Sequence record: MZ726791.1
Reading direction: 5' to 3' (one strand)
Length of the DNA: 64,000 bases
From: Escherichia phage vB_EcoM_ASO1A
Shown: in pieces, positions 6,594 to 15,982 of the stretch
Numbering within the stretch: the stretch's first letter is position 1
Layout of the letters: the number at the start of each line of letters is the position of its first letter
The notes under the pieces: model-generated
Database searches by the model: none
What the model saw: only the letters and a program-made list of their open reading frames with translations
Told to the model about the DNA's origin: nothing
Position numbers and translations under genes: made by a program

Positions 6594-6669
6594 AGCGGTA
6601 TAGCATAACTGGCAATGCAACAGTCTCTGAAGCTGTCCTATTAAGGTTCAAATCCTTATGCCGCTGCCA
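6594..6669 (+). tRNA. tRNA-Gln (anticodon CTG)
   Basis: Acceptor AGCGGTA/TGCCGCT, anticodon arm ACAGT-CTCTGAA-GCTGT, T-arm TAAGG-TTCAAAT-CCTTA, CCA. Confidence 0.65.
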
Positions 6670-6670
6670 C

Positions 6671-6701
6671 TTCTAAGGGTTCTTACGAGAGTCCTTAAAT
6701 G
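6671..6701 (+). repeat. conserved hairpin element copy C (TTCTAAGGGTTCTTACGAGAGTCCTTAAATG)
   Basis: Near-identical loop (GGGTTCTTACGAG) to copy A. Confidence 0.5.
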
Positions 6702-6776
6702 TGGCCTTATCATAAATGGTAATGACCCATGCTGTGAACATGGTCTATACGGGTTCAAATCCCGTAGGTCACCCCA
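6701..6776 (+). tRNA. tRNA-His (anticodon GTG)
   Basis: Acceptor GTGGCCT/AGGTCAC, D-stem TCAT/ATGA, anticodon arm CCATG-CTGTGAA-CATGG, T-arm ACGGG-TTCAAAT-CCCGT, CCA; no encoded G-1. Confidence 0.7.
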
Positions 6777-6781
6777 ATTTA

Positions 6782-6858
6782 TAGTCCAAGTAGCTTATAT
6801 GGTTAAAGCGCGTGTCTGAAAAACATGAGAAGAGGGTTCAAATCCCACTGGACTACCA
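6782..6858 (+). tRNA. tRNA-Phe (anticodon GAA), 3' CCA not fully encoded
   Basis: Acceptor TAGTCCA/TGGACTA, D-stem GCTT/AAGC, anticodon arm CGTGT-CTGAAAA-ACATG, T-loop TTCAAAT; odd 8-9 spacing. Confidence 0.55.
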
Positions 6859-6874
6859 ATTTCAAAGGTGCTTA

Positions 6875-7609
6875 ATGAAAGAGATGACAGAACAAGGTAA
6901 GGAGATTTTTAATCTCTTAAAAACCGGTAAAGGGTTTTCTAACCCACTTATTACTGGTGCAGCAGTTCTCGGTGGAACCGTAGCTGCCTCTACATCACTT
7001 GTAAGCTCTATTAGTTCTGTAACAGACCCTACAATGCAGGAGAAACTTGTTGCTGCTGGACTTACAACAGTCCTTCTAAACAGCTTTACAACAAGCCTTA
7101 CAAGCACTACAGCAACTACTAAGACCCTGACAGACTACGGTCAAAAGTCTATTGATGAGTTTTCATCACGTATGCAGGTAGCAAAGGGATATTCCAATGT
7201 TATGAGTGCAGCAGGAGAACAAGTTGGTTGTACACCGTTCAGTGGTATTATGGGTGTTGCTACAGAATATGGTCAAAAAGCTATTGATACAATTAACAGT
7301 ACACTAGAGAGTGTTAACGATGTATTAAGTGACTTACAAGACGCTATTGATGAGGGTCTTGATACTATTTCTGATTTAGCTAATCAGGCTGTTAGTAAGA
7401 TTAATGAAGGTATTTCAAAGATTACAGCTTATGCAGATGAAGTTGTGCAGATGATTGAAGAAGAAGCTGCCCTTATTGCAGAGTACCTTAAAACGAATAT
7501 CAATGGGTTCTTAGCAGGTATCTTACCAGACTGGTTTGACGATGCCTGTAAAACTGGTGTAATTGACACTATTGCAACACCAGAAATGAAGAACGCATTA
7601 CAGAAATAA
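6875..7609 (+). CDS. hypothetical protein (Ala/Ser/Thr-rich N-terminal half, acidic helical C-terminal half)
   Basis: Track ORF 6812-7609 trimmed to in-frame ATG (Met22) with AAAGGTG SD, because the first 45 nt overlap tRNA-Phe. Confidence 0.55.
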   Translation: MKEMTEQGKEIFNLLKTGKGFSNPLITGAAVLGGTVAASTSLVSSISSVTDPTMQEKLVAAGLTTVLLNSFTTSLTSTTATTKTLTDYGQKSIDEFSSRMQVAKGYSNVMSAAGEQVGCTPFSGIMGVATEYGQKAIDTINSTLESVNDVLSDLQDAIDEGLDTISDLANQAVSKINEGISKITAYADEVVQMIEEEAALIAEYLKTNINGFLAGILPDWFDDACKTGVIDTIATPEMKNALQK

Positions 7610-7611
7610 AT

Positions 7612-7704
7612 GGAAGATTAACCCTAAAAGGTAAGGGAGCAGTTTGCTAAACTGCCAGTAGCTGAGAAATCGGTGTACCAGTTCAAGTCTGGTATCTTCC
7701 TCCA
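7612..7704 (+). tRNA. tRNA-Ser (anticodon GCT), type II
   Basis: Acceptor GGAAGAT/ATCTTCC, anticodon arm GCAGT-TTGCTAA-ACTGC, long variable arm, T-arm ACCAG-TTCAAGT-CTGGT, CCA. Confidence 0.7.
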
Positions 7705-7708
7705 ATTT

Positions 7709-7784
7709 GAATCCGTGACAGAAATGGCTATGTGCCTGTCTGCAAAACAGGTTTATAAGGGTTCGAGTCCCTTCGGATTCTCCA
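7709..7784 (+). tRNA. tRNA-Cys (anticodon GCA)
   Basis: Acceptor GAATCCG/CGGATTC, anticodon arm CCTGT-CTGCAAA-ACAGG, T-arm AAGGG-TTCGAGT-CCCTT, CCA. Confidence 0.7.
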
Positions 7785-7821
7785 AGTTATTTTACTCTCT
7801 CTCAATTAAAATAATAATAAT

Positions 7822-7881
7822 GCCCTGCTATAAGTATTCTTCCTTTCGCTACCGAAGAGTATTTTTAGACAGGGCTTTTTT
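7822..7881 (+). terminator. rho-independent terminator ending the tRNA array (GCCCTG ... CAGGGC + T6)
   Basis: Long hairpin followed by TTTTTT immediately after last tRNA. Confidence 0.6.
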
Positions 7882-7946
7882 ACAGAGTTATACTTTATAA
7901 GAAGGCTTATACAGTATGTCTCTGACGTACATTGTGGTTTCTCCTT

Positions 7947-7970
7947 GACGGTCTCTGTGCCGTCTTTTTT
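7947..7970 (+). terminator. second terminator hairpin (GACGG ... CCGTC + T6)
   Basis: Read directly. Confidence 0.5.
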
Positions 7971-8006
7971 AAGGAGAAACATGGTTAATTATTTGGAGAA
8001 AACATA

Positions 8007-8207
8007 ATGAGTGAGACCGTTTATAAAGAACTTTATGAAGCTAACAAAAAGCTAGAATTTATGCAGAATACTATCATGGCAATTGCAGACAGATTGTCTG
8101 TAGCAACAGGTATTGATATTAAAGAAGCATCTATGGATGCACTTCTTGATGCTGTTGATGCAAAGTTCGAAGTTAAGAAAGAAGAGACTGCTACAGACTC
8201 TGAATAA
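8007..8207 (+). CDS. hypothetical small acidic protein (terminase small subunit not excluded)
   Basis: 66 aa, GGAGAAAAC SD; first gene of morphogenesis operon, just upstream of terminase large subunit. Confidence 0.5.
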   Translation: MSETVYKELYEANKKLEFMQNTIMAIADRLSVATGIDIKEASMDALLDAVDAKFEVKKEETATDSE

Positions 8208-8228
8208 TTCTATTTGCGGAGGTGCTTA

Positions 8229-9830
8229 ATGGACTTAAATGCTGTTAAGCAGAAGCGAGTGGAAGATGTTAGGAAAGTCCTAGCTGGAGAGTTGGGGCTT
8301 TCTGATGAAGTAAAAGAAATTATTAAATCATTCGGTAAAGACCCCTCTAAATTCCTTCCAACTCAAATTCTGACTTTATTAAGATACACACCAGACCAAG
8401 TTCGCCTTATCTTTAAATTGATGACTGATAAGAACTATGTAGCCCCTCAGCCGGGTTCTCAAGAGGTCTTTTTAAATACTAATGCTGACTTGGTACTCTA
8501 TGGTGGTGCTGCTGGTGCTGGTAAGACTGCCGCATTGTTAATGGACTCTTTAAGATTTATTGAAGACCCTAACTATAATGCTGTATATTTCCGTCGAAAT
8601 ACAACACAGTTACAAGGTGGTTTATGGCCTGCTGCAAAGAAACTATTTGGTAAGTTTGGTGGGATTCCTCACGAGCAGAAAATGACTATCACATTCCCTT
8701 CTGGGGCAACTATCAAGTTTACCTATCTAGAACTTGAAAAGCACGCTGAAGGTCATCAGGGTATTGAATACTCAGCTATTTACTTTGACGAAGGTACACA
8801 CTTCTCTGCTTCACAGATTTCATACCTACAAACCCGTCTACGTTCTGGTGCTGAAGGTGATTCATACATGAAGATTTCTATGAACCCAGACAGAGACCAC
8901 TTTATTTACGATTGGGTAGAACCTTTCTTAGATGAAGAAGGTTATCCAGACCCTGAAAAGTGTGGTCGTATTCGTTGGTATGTAATGAATGATGGTGTGA
9001 TGGTTTCTGATTGGGAGAGAGACAAGATTCTTGAAATGTTCCCTCTTGAGATTCCTCAAACATACACCTTCATCTCTGGTACAATTGATGATAACCCAAT
9101 TCTTGACTTCTTAGAACCTAAGTACCGTGGTAAGTTGGAAAACAACACTCCTGTAAACGTTGCAAGACTTCGTTTCGGTAACTGGAAGGCTCGTGCAGAA
9201 GGTTCAAATTATTGGCAAAGACAATGGTGTGAAATTGTTGATTCACTCCCAGAAGATGTATTTGATGTTAGAGCATGGGACTTAGCAGCAACTTTACCAT
9301 CTGAGATTAACCCTAATCCAGACTGGACAGCAGGTGTTAAGATGGGTAAATCTAAAAAAGACGGTTGCTATTATATCATTGATGTAGTAAGATTTAGAGA
9401 TAGACCCTCTGGAGTCGAAACACAAATTAATTTGACTGCTGAAAGTGACGGTAAGCGAACTGGTATTTTTATCCCTCAAGACCCAGGCGCTGCTGGTAAA
9501 TCCTACGCAACATCCCTCATCAGGAAACTTGCCGAGAAAGGTTATCGAGCAAGAGCCAAACCAACAAATAAAGATAAAGTTACCCGCTTTGCGGGATTTT
9601 CTGCTGCTTCTGAAGCTGGACTTGTAAAAGTCTTGAGAGGTAGTTGGAATGAAGCTTACTTTCAAGAACTTGAAGGCTTTTGTGGTGACGGTAAAACTAA
9701 AGATGACCAAGTGGATGCTACCAGTGATGCTTTCAACAGTCTTAACGAAGTTAAATTATTCAAGCCACCATCAATGGGTGCTCACACAGATTTAGTGAGA
9801 GGAAACCCATATGAGGGGCTTAGACGTTGA
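8229..9830 (+). CDS. terL: terminase large subunit
   Basis: Walker A-like YGGAAGAGKT; track start 8214 is TTG, moved to ATG with GGAGGTG SD. Confidence 0.85.
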   Translation: MDLNAVKQKRVEDVRKVLAGELGLSDEVKEIIKSFGKDPSKFLPTQILTLLRYTPDQVRLIFKLMTDKNYVAPQPGSQEVFLNTNADLVLYGGAAGAGKTAALLMDSLRFIEDPNYNAVYFRRNTTQLQGGLWPAAKKLFGKFGGIPHEQKMTITFPSGATIKFTYLELEKHAEGHQGIEYSAIYFDEGTHFSASQISYLQTRLRSGAEGDSYMKISMNPDRDHFIYDWVEPFLDEEGYPDPEKCGRIRWYVMNDGVMVSDWERDKILEMFPLEIPQTYTFISGTIDDNPILDFLEPKYRGKLENNTPVNVARLRFGNWKARAEGSNYWQRQWCEIVDSLPEDVFDVRAWDLAATLPSEINPNPDWTAGVKMGKSKKDGCYYIIDVVRFRDRPSGVETQINLTAESDGKRTGIFIPQDPGAAGKSYATSLIRKLAEKGYRARAKPTNKDKVTRFAGFSAASEAGLVKVLRGSWNEAYFQELEGFCGDGKTKDDQVDATSDAFNSLNEVKLFKPPSMGAHTDLVRGNPYEGLRR

Positions 9831-9846
9831 TAGCTAGGTGAGAAGA

Positions 9847-11313
9847 ATGGCAGATATTACAGAAACACAAGAAAGCTTACCACCATTTAGAATGGGTGAA
9901 GTAGGTTCTTTGGGTCTGAAGGTTAAGAATGGAAGAATCTATGAAGAACCTCGTCAGGCACTAAGGTTCCCTGAAAGTATTAAAACTTTCCAATTAATGA
10001 TGCGTGACCCTGCTGTAGCAGCATCTGTAAATATTATTAAGATGTTTGTCAGAAAAGTCAACTGGAGATTCGTACCTCCAAAGGGAAAAGAGCAAGACCC
10101 TAAAATGCTTGAAAGAGCAGACTTCTTTAATTCTTTAATGGATGACATGGAGCATGATTGGGCAGATTTTATTAATTCTGTAATGTCATTCTGCACTTAT
10201 GGGTTTTGTGTTAACGAGAAAGTTTATAAGAAGCGACAGGGTAAAAAAGGAAAGTACCAGTCAAAATTTGATGATGGTCTAATTGGATGGGCTAAATTAC
10301 CAATCAGAAACCAATCAACACTTGATAAGTGGTATTTTGACGAAGACTTTAGAAAAGTTACTGGTGTTAGACAGAATCTGAGAAATGTTTCACATATTGC
10401 TGGAGCAATTAATCTTGGAGAAAGACCACTAACAAGAAAACTTCCACGAGCTAAATTCATGCTGTTTAAGTATGATGATGAATATGGAAACCCAGAAGGT
10501 CGTTCACCATTACTTAATGCCTATGTACCGTGGAAGTATAAAGTTCAGATTGAAGAGTACGAAGCCGTTGGTGTTTCAAGAGACTTGGTAGGTATGCCAA
10601 AGATTGGTTTACCACCAGATTATCTGGATGAAAATGCAGAACCTGAAAAGAAAGCTTTCGTACAATACTGCAAAACTGTTGTTAACGATATGATTGCTAA
10701 TGATAGAGCAGGTTTAATCTGGCCTAGATATATCGACCCAGATACTAAAGAGGATATTTTCGAGTTCTCATTAGTTTCTAGACAGGGTGCTAAAGCATAC
10801 GATACAGGTTCTATTATTGACAGATATTCCAAGCAGATTATGATGGCATTTATGTCAGATGTTCTTGCTATGGGTCAGTCAAAATATGGTTCATTCTCTC
10901 TTGCAGATTCTAAGACAAGCTTACTAGCAATGTCAGTGGATATTCTGCTGAAGCAAATTAAGAACGTAATTAACCGTGATTTAGTTGCACAGACTTATGC
11001 TCTTAATATGTGGGACGATGAAGAACATGTACAAATCACTTATGATGATATCGAAACTCCAGACCTTGAAGCAATTGGTTCTTATATCCAGAAGACTGTT
11101 GCAGTAGGTGCTTTGGAAGTTGACAAAGAGCTATCTAACAAGCTTAGAGAGCATATTGGTCTTCCTCCTGCTGATGAGTCTCAACCAGTATCTGAAAAGC
11201 TTTCTCCAAATAGTCAAAGCCGTTCAGGAGATGGTTATAAGACCGCTGGAGAAGGTACTGCAAAGACACCTTCAGCGAAAGACCCAAGCACAGCAAATAA
11301 GGCAAATAAATAA
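9847..11313 (+). CDS. portal protein (putative)
   Basis: 488 aa directly after terminase; track start 9838 is GTG, moved to ATG; Ser/Lys-rich C-terminus. Confidence 0.65.
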   Translation: MADITETQESLPPFRMGEVGSLGLKVKNGRIYEEPRQALRFPESIKTFQLMMRDPAVAASVNIIKMFVRKVNWRFVPPKGKEQDPKMLERADFFNSLMDDMEHDWADFINSVMSFCTYGFCVNEKVYKKRQGKKGKYQSKFDDGLIGWAKLPIRNQSTLDKWYFDEDFRKVTGVRQNLRNVSHIAGAINLGERPLTRKLPRAKFMLFKYDDEYGNPEGRSPLLNAYVPWKYKVQIEEYEAVGVSRDLVGMPKIGLPPDYLDENAEPEKKAFVQYCKTVVNDMIANDRAGLIWPRYIDPDTKEDIFEFSLVSRQGAKAYDTGSIIDRYSKQIMMAFMSDVLAMGQSKYGSFSLADSKTSLLAMSVDILLKQIKNVINRDLVAQTYALNMWDDEEHVQITYDDIETPDLEAIGSYIQKTVAVGALEVDKELSNKLREHIGLPPADESQPVSEKLSPNSQSRSGDGYKTAGEGTAKTPSAKDPSTANKANK

Positions 11314-11813
11314 TGGCTGAAGTTATCTCTATTTCAAATGCTACACGAGTGCATTCGTATAGAGGTGTTCTTATTATCACTGACAAATTATCTGTAGGGG
11401 CTGGCTCAAGGGTCAGCCTTTCAGGTTATGTAAGTGATGGTGGAACCTCTGACGTTTTCACTATTTGTAGGTTACTTGATGCTCCAATGAGTGGAAAACC
11501 GTTTATTTCAGGAAATTGTAGTGAAATTGTTAAAATTCCATTTGACAGTTCATGCCTTTTGGGTGTAAAGTTATATAACTGCGAGAATAAACGTATCAAT
11601 GTTAATAGCATTGAAGTCGCTTTCATTACCCTCGACACTGCATTTCAATCTCCAATGACAGTTAATAAAGAAACAAACAGACTTGAATACATTTTTTCAC
11701 AAAATGATTACAAAGTACTTGTCAAAGGCAAAGTATATGATATGATTGTAAATGTGGTAGATGAATCTGGTAACCATTCAACAGTCCTTAAACAAAAAGT
11801 AAGGTTTAATTAA
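11313..11813 (+). CDS. hypothetical protein (head module)
   Basis: 166 aa ORF, ATG overlapping portal stop. Confidence 0.5.
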   Translation: MAEVISISNATRVHSYRGVLIITDKLSVGAGSRVSLSGYVSDGGTSDVFTICRLLDAPMSGKPFISGNCSEIVKIPFDSSCLLGVKLYNCENKRINVNSIEVAFITLDTAFQSPMTVNKETNRLEYIFSQNDYKVLVKGKVYDMIVNVVDESGNHSTVLKQKVRFN

Positions 11814-12145
11814 TGGGAACATTAACTATTGATGGTAAGAATAAAATCCTCGCCACGCTAACCCCAACGACTATTATTTTACACAATGTAGACCCAACGG
11901 CAGACCCTACAGCAAATAAGGTTACTCAGCCAGTGGCTATTTATTTTTCTGAACCGGATAATGGCTTAATTGCCTCAGAAGATACAGTTAATATTACTGT
12001 CCCAGCTTCTGCAACGGTCTCACACTATAGCTTGTGGGATGCTAACGATAAATGCGTGGCAACTGGTGCTCTTAGCAAACCTCAATTCTTTGCTGAAGAA
12101 GGTATCTATGTTATCTCTTCAGTCTCTGTAGATTTAAACAAATAG
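11813..12145 (+). CDS. hypothetical protein (head module)
   Basis: 110 aa ORF, start overlaps upstream stop. Confidence 0.5.
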   Translation: MGTLTIDGKNKILATLTPTTIILHNVDPTADPTANKVTQPVAIYFSEPDNGLIASEDTVNITVPASATVSHYSLWDANDKCVATGALSKPQFFAEEGIYVISSVSVDLNK

Positions 12146-12156
12146 GGTGAGTAAAA

Positions 12157-13503
12157 ATGAGTTCGAATATCTTCAGACTTGCTGATAGATTATTCAACCA
12201 ACCTTTACTAGCCACTGAATCATTAGCTCACTCAGCAGCAACTTATGTGAATAACAGATTGCTGGGTGATGTCCAAGCAGCAGTAAACTTTGATAAACCC
12301 AAAGGTGAAGCAAGAAGTCTTTTAAAAGTAAAAGATGACATTGCTATTATTCCTATTATGGGTGGTTTAACCCATCGTATGACATTCATTGATGCAATGT
12401 GTACAGGTGGATTAAGCTCTTATGAAGGTTTGCGTAGAGGCTTTGACGAAGCTTTAGCAGATGAGTCAATCAAGACTATTGTTCTGCACATCGATTCTGG
12501 TGGTGGTGAAGCTTCAGGTTGCTTTGAATTAGCACGTCACATTATGGCTTCAAGAGGCCAAAAGAAAATTATTGCTTATGTAGATGAGTTCGCTTGTTCC
12601 GCTGCATACGCTCTTGCATCTTCTGCTGAAGAAATTATTGCATCACCAGATGCAGATGTTGGTTCTATTGGTGTAATTATGGTTCATCAGGAATTAACTA
12701 AGGCATTTGAAAAGAATGGCGTAACAATTAACGTCATCAAAGCTGGTGAGTTTAAAGGTATGGGTTCACCATTCCAAGCACTCTCAGAAGAAAGCAAAGA
12801 AAGACTTCAAAAGAGAATTAATGATACCTACGCAACCTTTACAGGTTTTGTAGCCGAATCTCGTAATCTCTCTGAAGAAGCTGTAAAGAATACTGAGGCG
12901 AATGTTTATTCTGCTCAGGAAGCTCTTGAACTTGGTTTAATTAACTCAATCATGTCTCAAGATGATTTCTTAAATTACTTACAAGGTTCTGAAGAGGCTC
13001 CTGTAAGTTTAAACGTTAACAATTCAGGTGAAGAAATGACTGAACAAGAAAAGCAAGAACTAGAAGCTTTGCGTCTTCAGGTTGCTCAAATGAAAGCTAA
13101 AGAACAGGAAGCTGCTTTGTCAGATTTGACTAATAAGATTTCTGCTTCTGCTGAAGCTTTTGGATTTGATGCAAAAGAAGCTGCAACGACTATTTTAGGT
13201 GCTGGTCTTGATAACCCTCTGAGTGTTCTGTTTATGAATGCTATGGAAGGTGCTAACCAGAAACTTAATGAAACTATCGCGTCCCATGCTTCTGCAATGG
13301 AAGAAAAAGAATCAGAAATTACCAAGCTGAAAGAAACTGCTGGTGCTGTTCTTGAACATTCCAACGCTATGGAAGAAATGGGTAATGACGGCGAAGCTGA
13401 TTTGGTTGAAGAAGAAAAAGAACCAGCTAAGAATGCTTCCGAAGACACCGCTAAACAACGCAAACTGGCTCTCCAGAATGCTCTAAAATCTCTTATCAAA
13501 TAA
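12157..13503 (+). CDS. prohead protease (S49/SppA-like) fused to acidic coiled-coil scaffold-like C-terminal domain
   Basis: S49 signatures HIDSGGGEASG and ACSAAYALASS...DVGSIGVIM; C-terminal 150 aa Glu/Ala/Lys-rich. Confidence 0.75.
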   Translation: MSSNIFRLADRLFNQPLLATESLAHSAATYVNNRLLGDVQAAVNFDKPKGEARSLLKVKDDIAIIPIMGGLTHRMTFIDAMCTGGLSSYEGLRRGFDEALADESIKTIVLHIDSGGGEASGCFELARHIMASRGQKKIIAYVDEFACSAAYALASSAEEIIASPDADVGSIGVIMVHQELTKAFEKNGVTINVIKAGEFKGMGSPFQALSEESKERLQKRINDTYATFTGFVAESRNLSEEAVKNTEANVYSAQEALELGLINSIMSQDDFLNYLQGSEEAPVSLNVNNSGEEMTEQEKQELEALRLQVAQMKAKEQEAALSDLTNKISASAEAFGFDAKEAATTILGAGLDNPLSVLFMNAMEGANQKLNETIASHASAMEEKESEITKLKETAGAVLEHSNAMEEMGNDGEADLVEEEKEPAKNASEDTAKQRKLALQNALKSLIK

Positions 13504-13514
13504 GGAACACAATA

Positions 13515-13892
13515 ATGGCATATCAAGGTTTTACTAAGTTAGGTAAAAGAGAACCTCTGAATGATATCATTCTTTGGGAACAGGTTACCCCAACAGGCCA
13601 CTCTCGTAAAGAGTATACTCCAAAAGCTTCTACAGAATACCGTGTAGGTGAAGTTCTGAAAGCAGATGGCTCTAAAGTTGCAGCAGGAGAAGAAGCTCAG
13701 GCTGATTCTGTATGTATCGTTAACTTTTATGCAGACCTGCAACTGTCTTACCACGGTCAGTTGAAAGTGGTTGGTATTTACCGCGACGCAGAACTGAAAG
13801 ACATGCTTACTCTTGAGTCAGATGTTAATGCTGATGAAGTCAAGAAAGCACTGGCTGCTAAAGGTATTGATTTCGTACCAACTGGCCTGTAA
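13515..13892 (+). CDS. putative head decoration protein
   Basis: 125 aa ORF between protease-scaffold and capsid genes (lambda gpD-like position); position-based. Confidence 0.4.
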   Translation: MAYQGFTKLGKREPLNDIILWEQVTPTGHSRKEYTPKASTEYRVGEVLKADGSKVAAGEEAQADSVCIVNFYADLQLSYHGQLKVVGIYRDAELKDMLTLESDVNADEVKKALAAKGIDFVPTGL

Positions 13893-13925
13893 TAACAATA
13901 ATAAGACATTCTGGAGAATTTTACA

Positions 13926-15029
13926 ATGTTGACTAATTCTGAAAAAAGCAGATTTTTCCTTGCTGACCTGACTGGTGAAGTCCAGTCTATCCCAAATACT
14001 TATGGGTATATTTCCAACTTAGGTCTGTTCCGTTCAGCACCAATCACCCAAACTACTTTCCTTATGGACTTGACTGATTGGGATGTTAGCTTGCTTGATG
14101 CGGTAGACCGTGATAGCCGTAAAGCAGAGACTAGCGCACCTGAGCGTGTTCGTCAAATCAGCTTCCCAATGATGTACTTCAAAGAAGTTGAAAGCATCAC
14201 TCCTGATGAAATTCAGGGTGTACGTCAGCCAGGCACTGCAAACGAACTGACTACTGAAGCTGTAGTACGTGCTAAGAAGCTGATGAAGATTCGTACCAAG
14301 TTCGATATTACTCGTGAGTTCCTGTTTATGCAAGCTCTGAAGGGTAAAGTTGTTGATGCTCGTGGTACGCTGTATGCTGACCTGTACAAGCAGTTCGACG
14401 TTGAGAAGAAGACTGTTCACTTCGACCTTGACAACCCTAATGCTGACATCGACGCTTCTATTGAAGAACTGCGTATGCACATGGAAGACGAAGCTAAGAC
14501 TGGCACTGTAATCAACGGTGAAGAAATTCACGTAGTTGTTGACCGTGTATTCTTCAGCAAACTGGTTAAGCATCCTAAGATTCGTGACGCTTATCTTGCA
14601 CAGCAGACTCCGCTGGCTTGGCAACAGATTACTGGTTCTCTGAGAACTGGTGGTACTGACGGCGTTCAGGCTCACATGAACACCTTCTACTACGGTGGTG
14701 TTAAGTTTGTCCAGTACAACGGTAAGTTCAAAGACAAGCGTGGTAAGGTTCATACTCTGGTGAGCATTGATGGTGCTGGTGCAGAGGTTGGTGTAGGACA
14801 CGCTTTCCCTAACGTTTCTATGCTTGGTGAAGCAAACAACATCTTCGAAGTGGCTTATGGTCCATGTCCTAAGATGGGTTACGCAAATACACTTGGTCAG
14901 GAACTGTACGTATTCGAATATGAAAAAGACCGTGACGAAGGTATTGACTTCGAAGCTCACTCTTACATGCTGCCATACTGTACTCGTCCTCAGTTGCTGG
15001 TAGATGTTCGTGCTGACGCTAAAGACTAA
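13926..15029 (+). CDS. major capsid protein (putative)
   Basis: 367 aa, GGAGAA SD, follows protease/scaffold and decoration-like genes; no motif confirmation. Confidence 0.6.
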   Translation: MLTNSEKSRFFLADLTGEVQSIPNTYGYISNLGLFRSAPITQTTFLMDLTDWDVSLLDAVDRDSRKAETSAPERVRQISFPMMYFKEVESITPDEIQGVRQPGTANELTTEAVVRAKKLMKIRTKFDITREFLFMQALKGKVVDARGTLYADLYKQFDVEKKTVHFDLDNPNADIDASIEELRMHMEDEAKTGTVINGEEIHVVVDRVFFSKLVKHPKIRDAYLAQQTPLAWQQITGSLRTGGTDGVQAHMNTFYYGGVKFVQYNGKFKDKRGKVHTLVSIDGAGAEVGVGHAFPNVSMLGEANNIFEVAYGPCPKMGYANTLGQELYVFEYEKDRDEGIDFEAHSYMLPYCTRPQLLVDVRADAKD

Positions 15030-15050
15030 TATTCTTAAGGAGGGTTATGA

Positions 15051-15500
15051 ATGTGTTATACAGGCGACCCAGCCAATAACCCTCTTGATAGAGTAAGAAT
15101 CCTCTGCACAGACACCAATAATGATGAAATTCTTATTGAACAGTCTGTGCTAGAGTGGTTCTATCTAGAATCTGGAAAGGATGAAAAGAAAGCAGCCATC
15201 AAAGCTCTTAAATATTTACTCTTTCAAGTAGCCAAGATGGGAGATGAGAAGGTTGGTGGTGTTTATTTACGTAACTCTTCCAGATTCAAATCTCTGAAAG
15301 CTGTTTATGACGACCTTGTTAAAAGCTCTGTTTCAGGACTACCCTATGCAGGTGGTATTAATCAGTGTGACATTGATATGCGTCGTCAGAATCCTTGCTC
15401 TGTCAAGAAATACACAGAATATGGTGATGCTGCCAGATACGAAGGCAGAGATTACTGCAACCGTGTTAATGGCGTATTTATTATCGAGCGAGATGAATAA
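15051..15500 (+). CDS. head-tail joining / head completion protein (putative)
   Basis: 149 aa, AAGGAGGG SD, position after capsid gene. Confidence 0.4.
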   Translation: MCYTGDPANNPLDRVRILCTDTNNDEILIEQSVLEWFYLESGKDEKKAAIKALKYLLFQVAKMGDEKVGGVYLRNSSRFKSLKAVYDDLVKSSVSGLPYAGGINQCDIDMRRQNPCSVKKYTEYGDAARYEGRDYCNRVNGVFIIERDE

Positions 15501-15982
15501 TGGTTAAAAGGGTTATTCACCCCGCTAGAGCAAAATTAGTCGGGGCTATGAAGAACTTGCAAACGGCTAATGCTCAAGTTGGGTATTTTCAAGAACAAGG
15601 TCAACATAGCTCTGGTTTTTCTTATCCTGCTTTAATGTATTTACAAGAAGTTATTGGGGTTCCTTCAGCTTCTGGTAAAGTATATCGTAGGTTGTTTGAA
15701 ATCACTATGATGCTAAACAGACAGACCTTGTTAGAGCAGACTAAGAAGAATCTATATAAGCAACTTAGCAGTCTCAACGTAGACCCCTCAGATACCTTAG
15801 AAGCATTTGCAAAGAATGCTCAAAAGGCAATTAAAAGAGGTTTTGGTAATTCTGCTATCCTCCCTCCTAACGCACCTTCCACAGTCAAGAAAAAAGGCTT
15901 TAATGCACCTCTTGTTGAGACAGGTGACTTAAGGGATAACCTTGCTTATAAAATTTCTACTAAGAAGGGTATTAAGAAATGA
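15500..15982 (+). CDS. head-tail connector protein (putative)
   Basis: 160 aa, overlapping start/stop with neighbours. Confidence 0.4.
   Translation: MVKRVIHPARAKLVGAMKNLQTANAQVGYFQEQGQHSSGFSYPALMYLQEVIGVPSASGKVYRRLFEITMMLNRQTLLEQTKKNLYKQLSSLNVDPSDTLEAFAKNAQKAIKRGFGNSAILPPNAPSTVKKKGFNAPLVETGDLRDNLAYKISTKKGIKK

Noticed and set aside
2633-7784. Suppressor tRNAs (anticodons CTA, TTA, TCA) indicating stop-codon reassignment
   Set aside because: None of the hand-folded anticodons is a stop-codon reader.
14034-14960. 308-aa antisense ORF inside the putative capsid gene
   Set aside because: Entirely embedded antisense to a well-supported, SD-initiated structural gene in a co-directional operon; long antisense ORFs are common artefacts of codon-biased genes.
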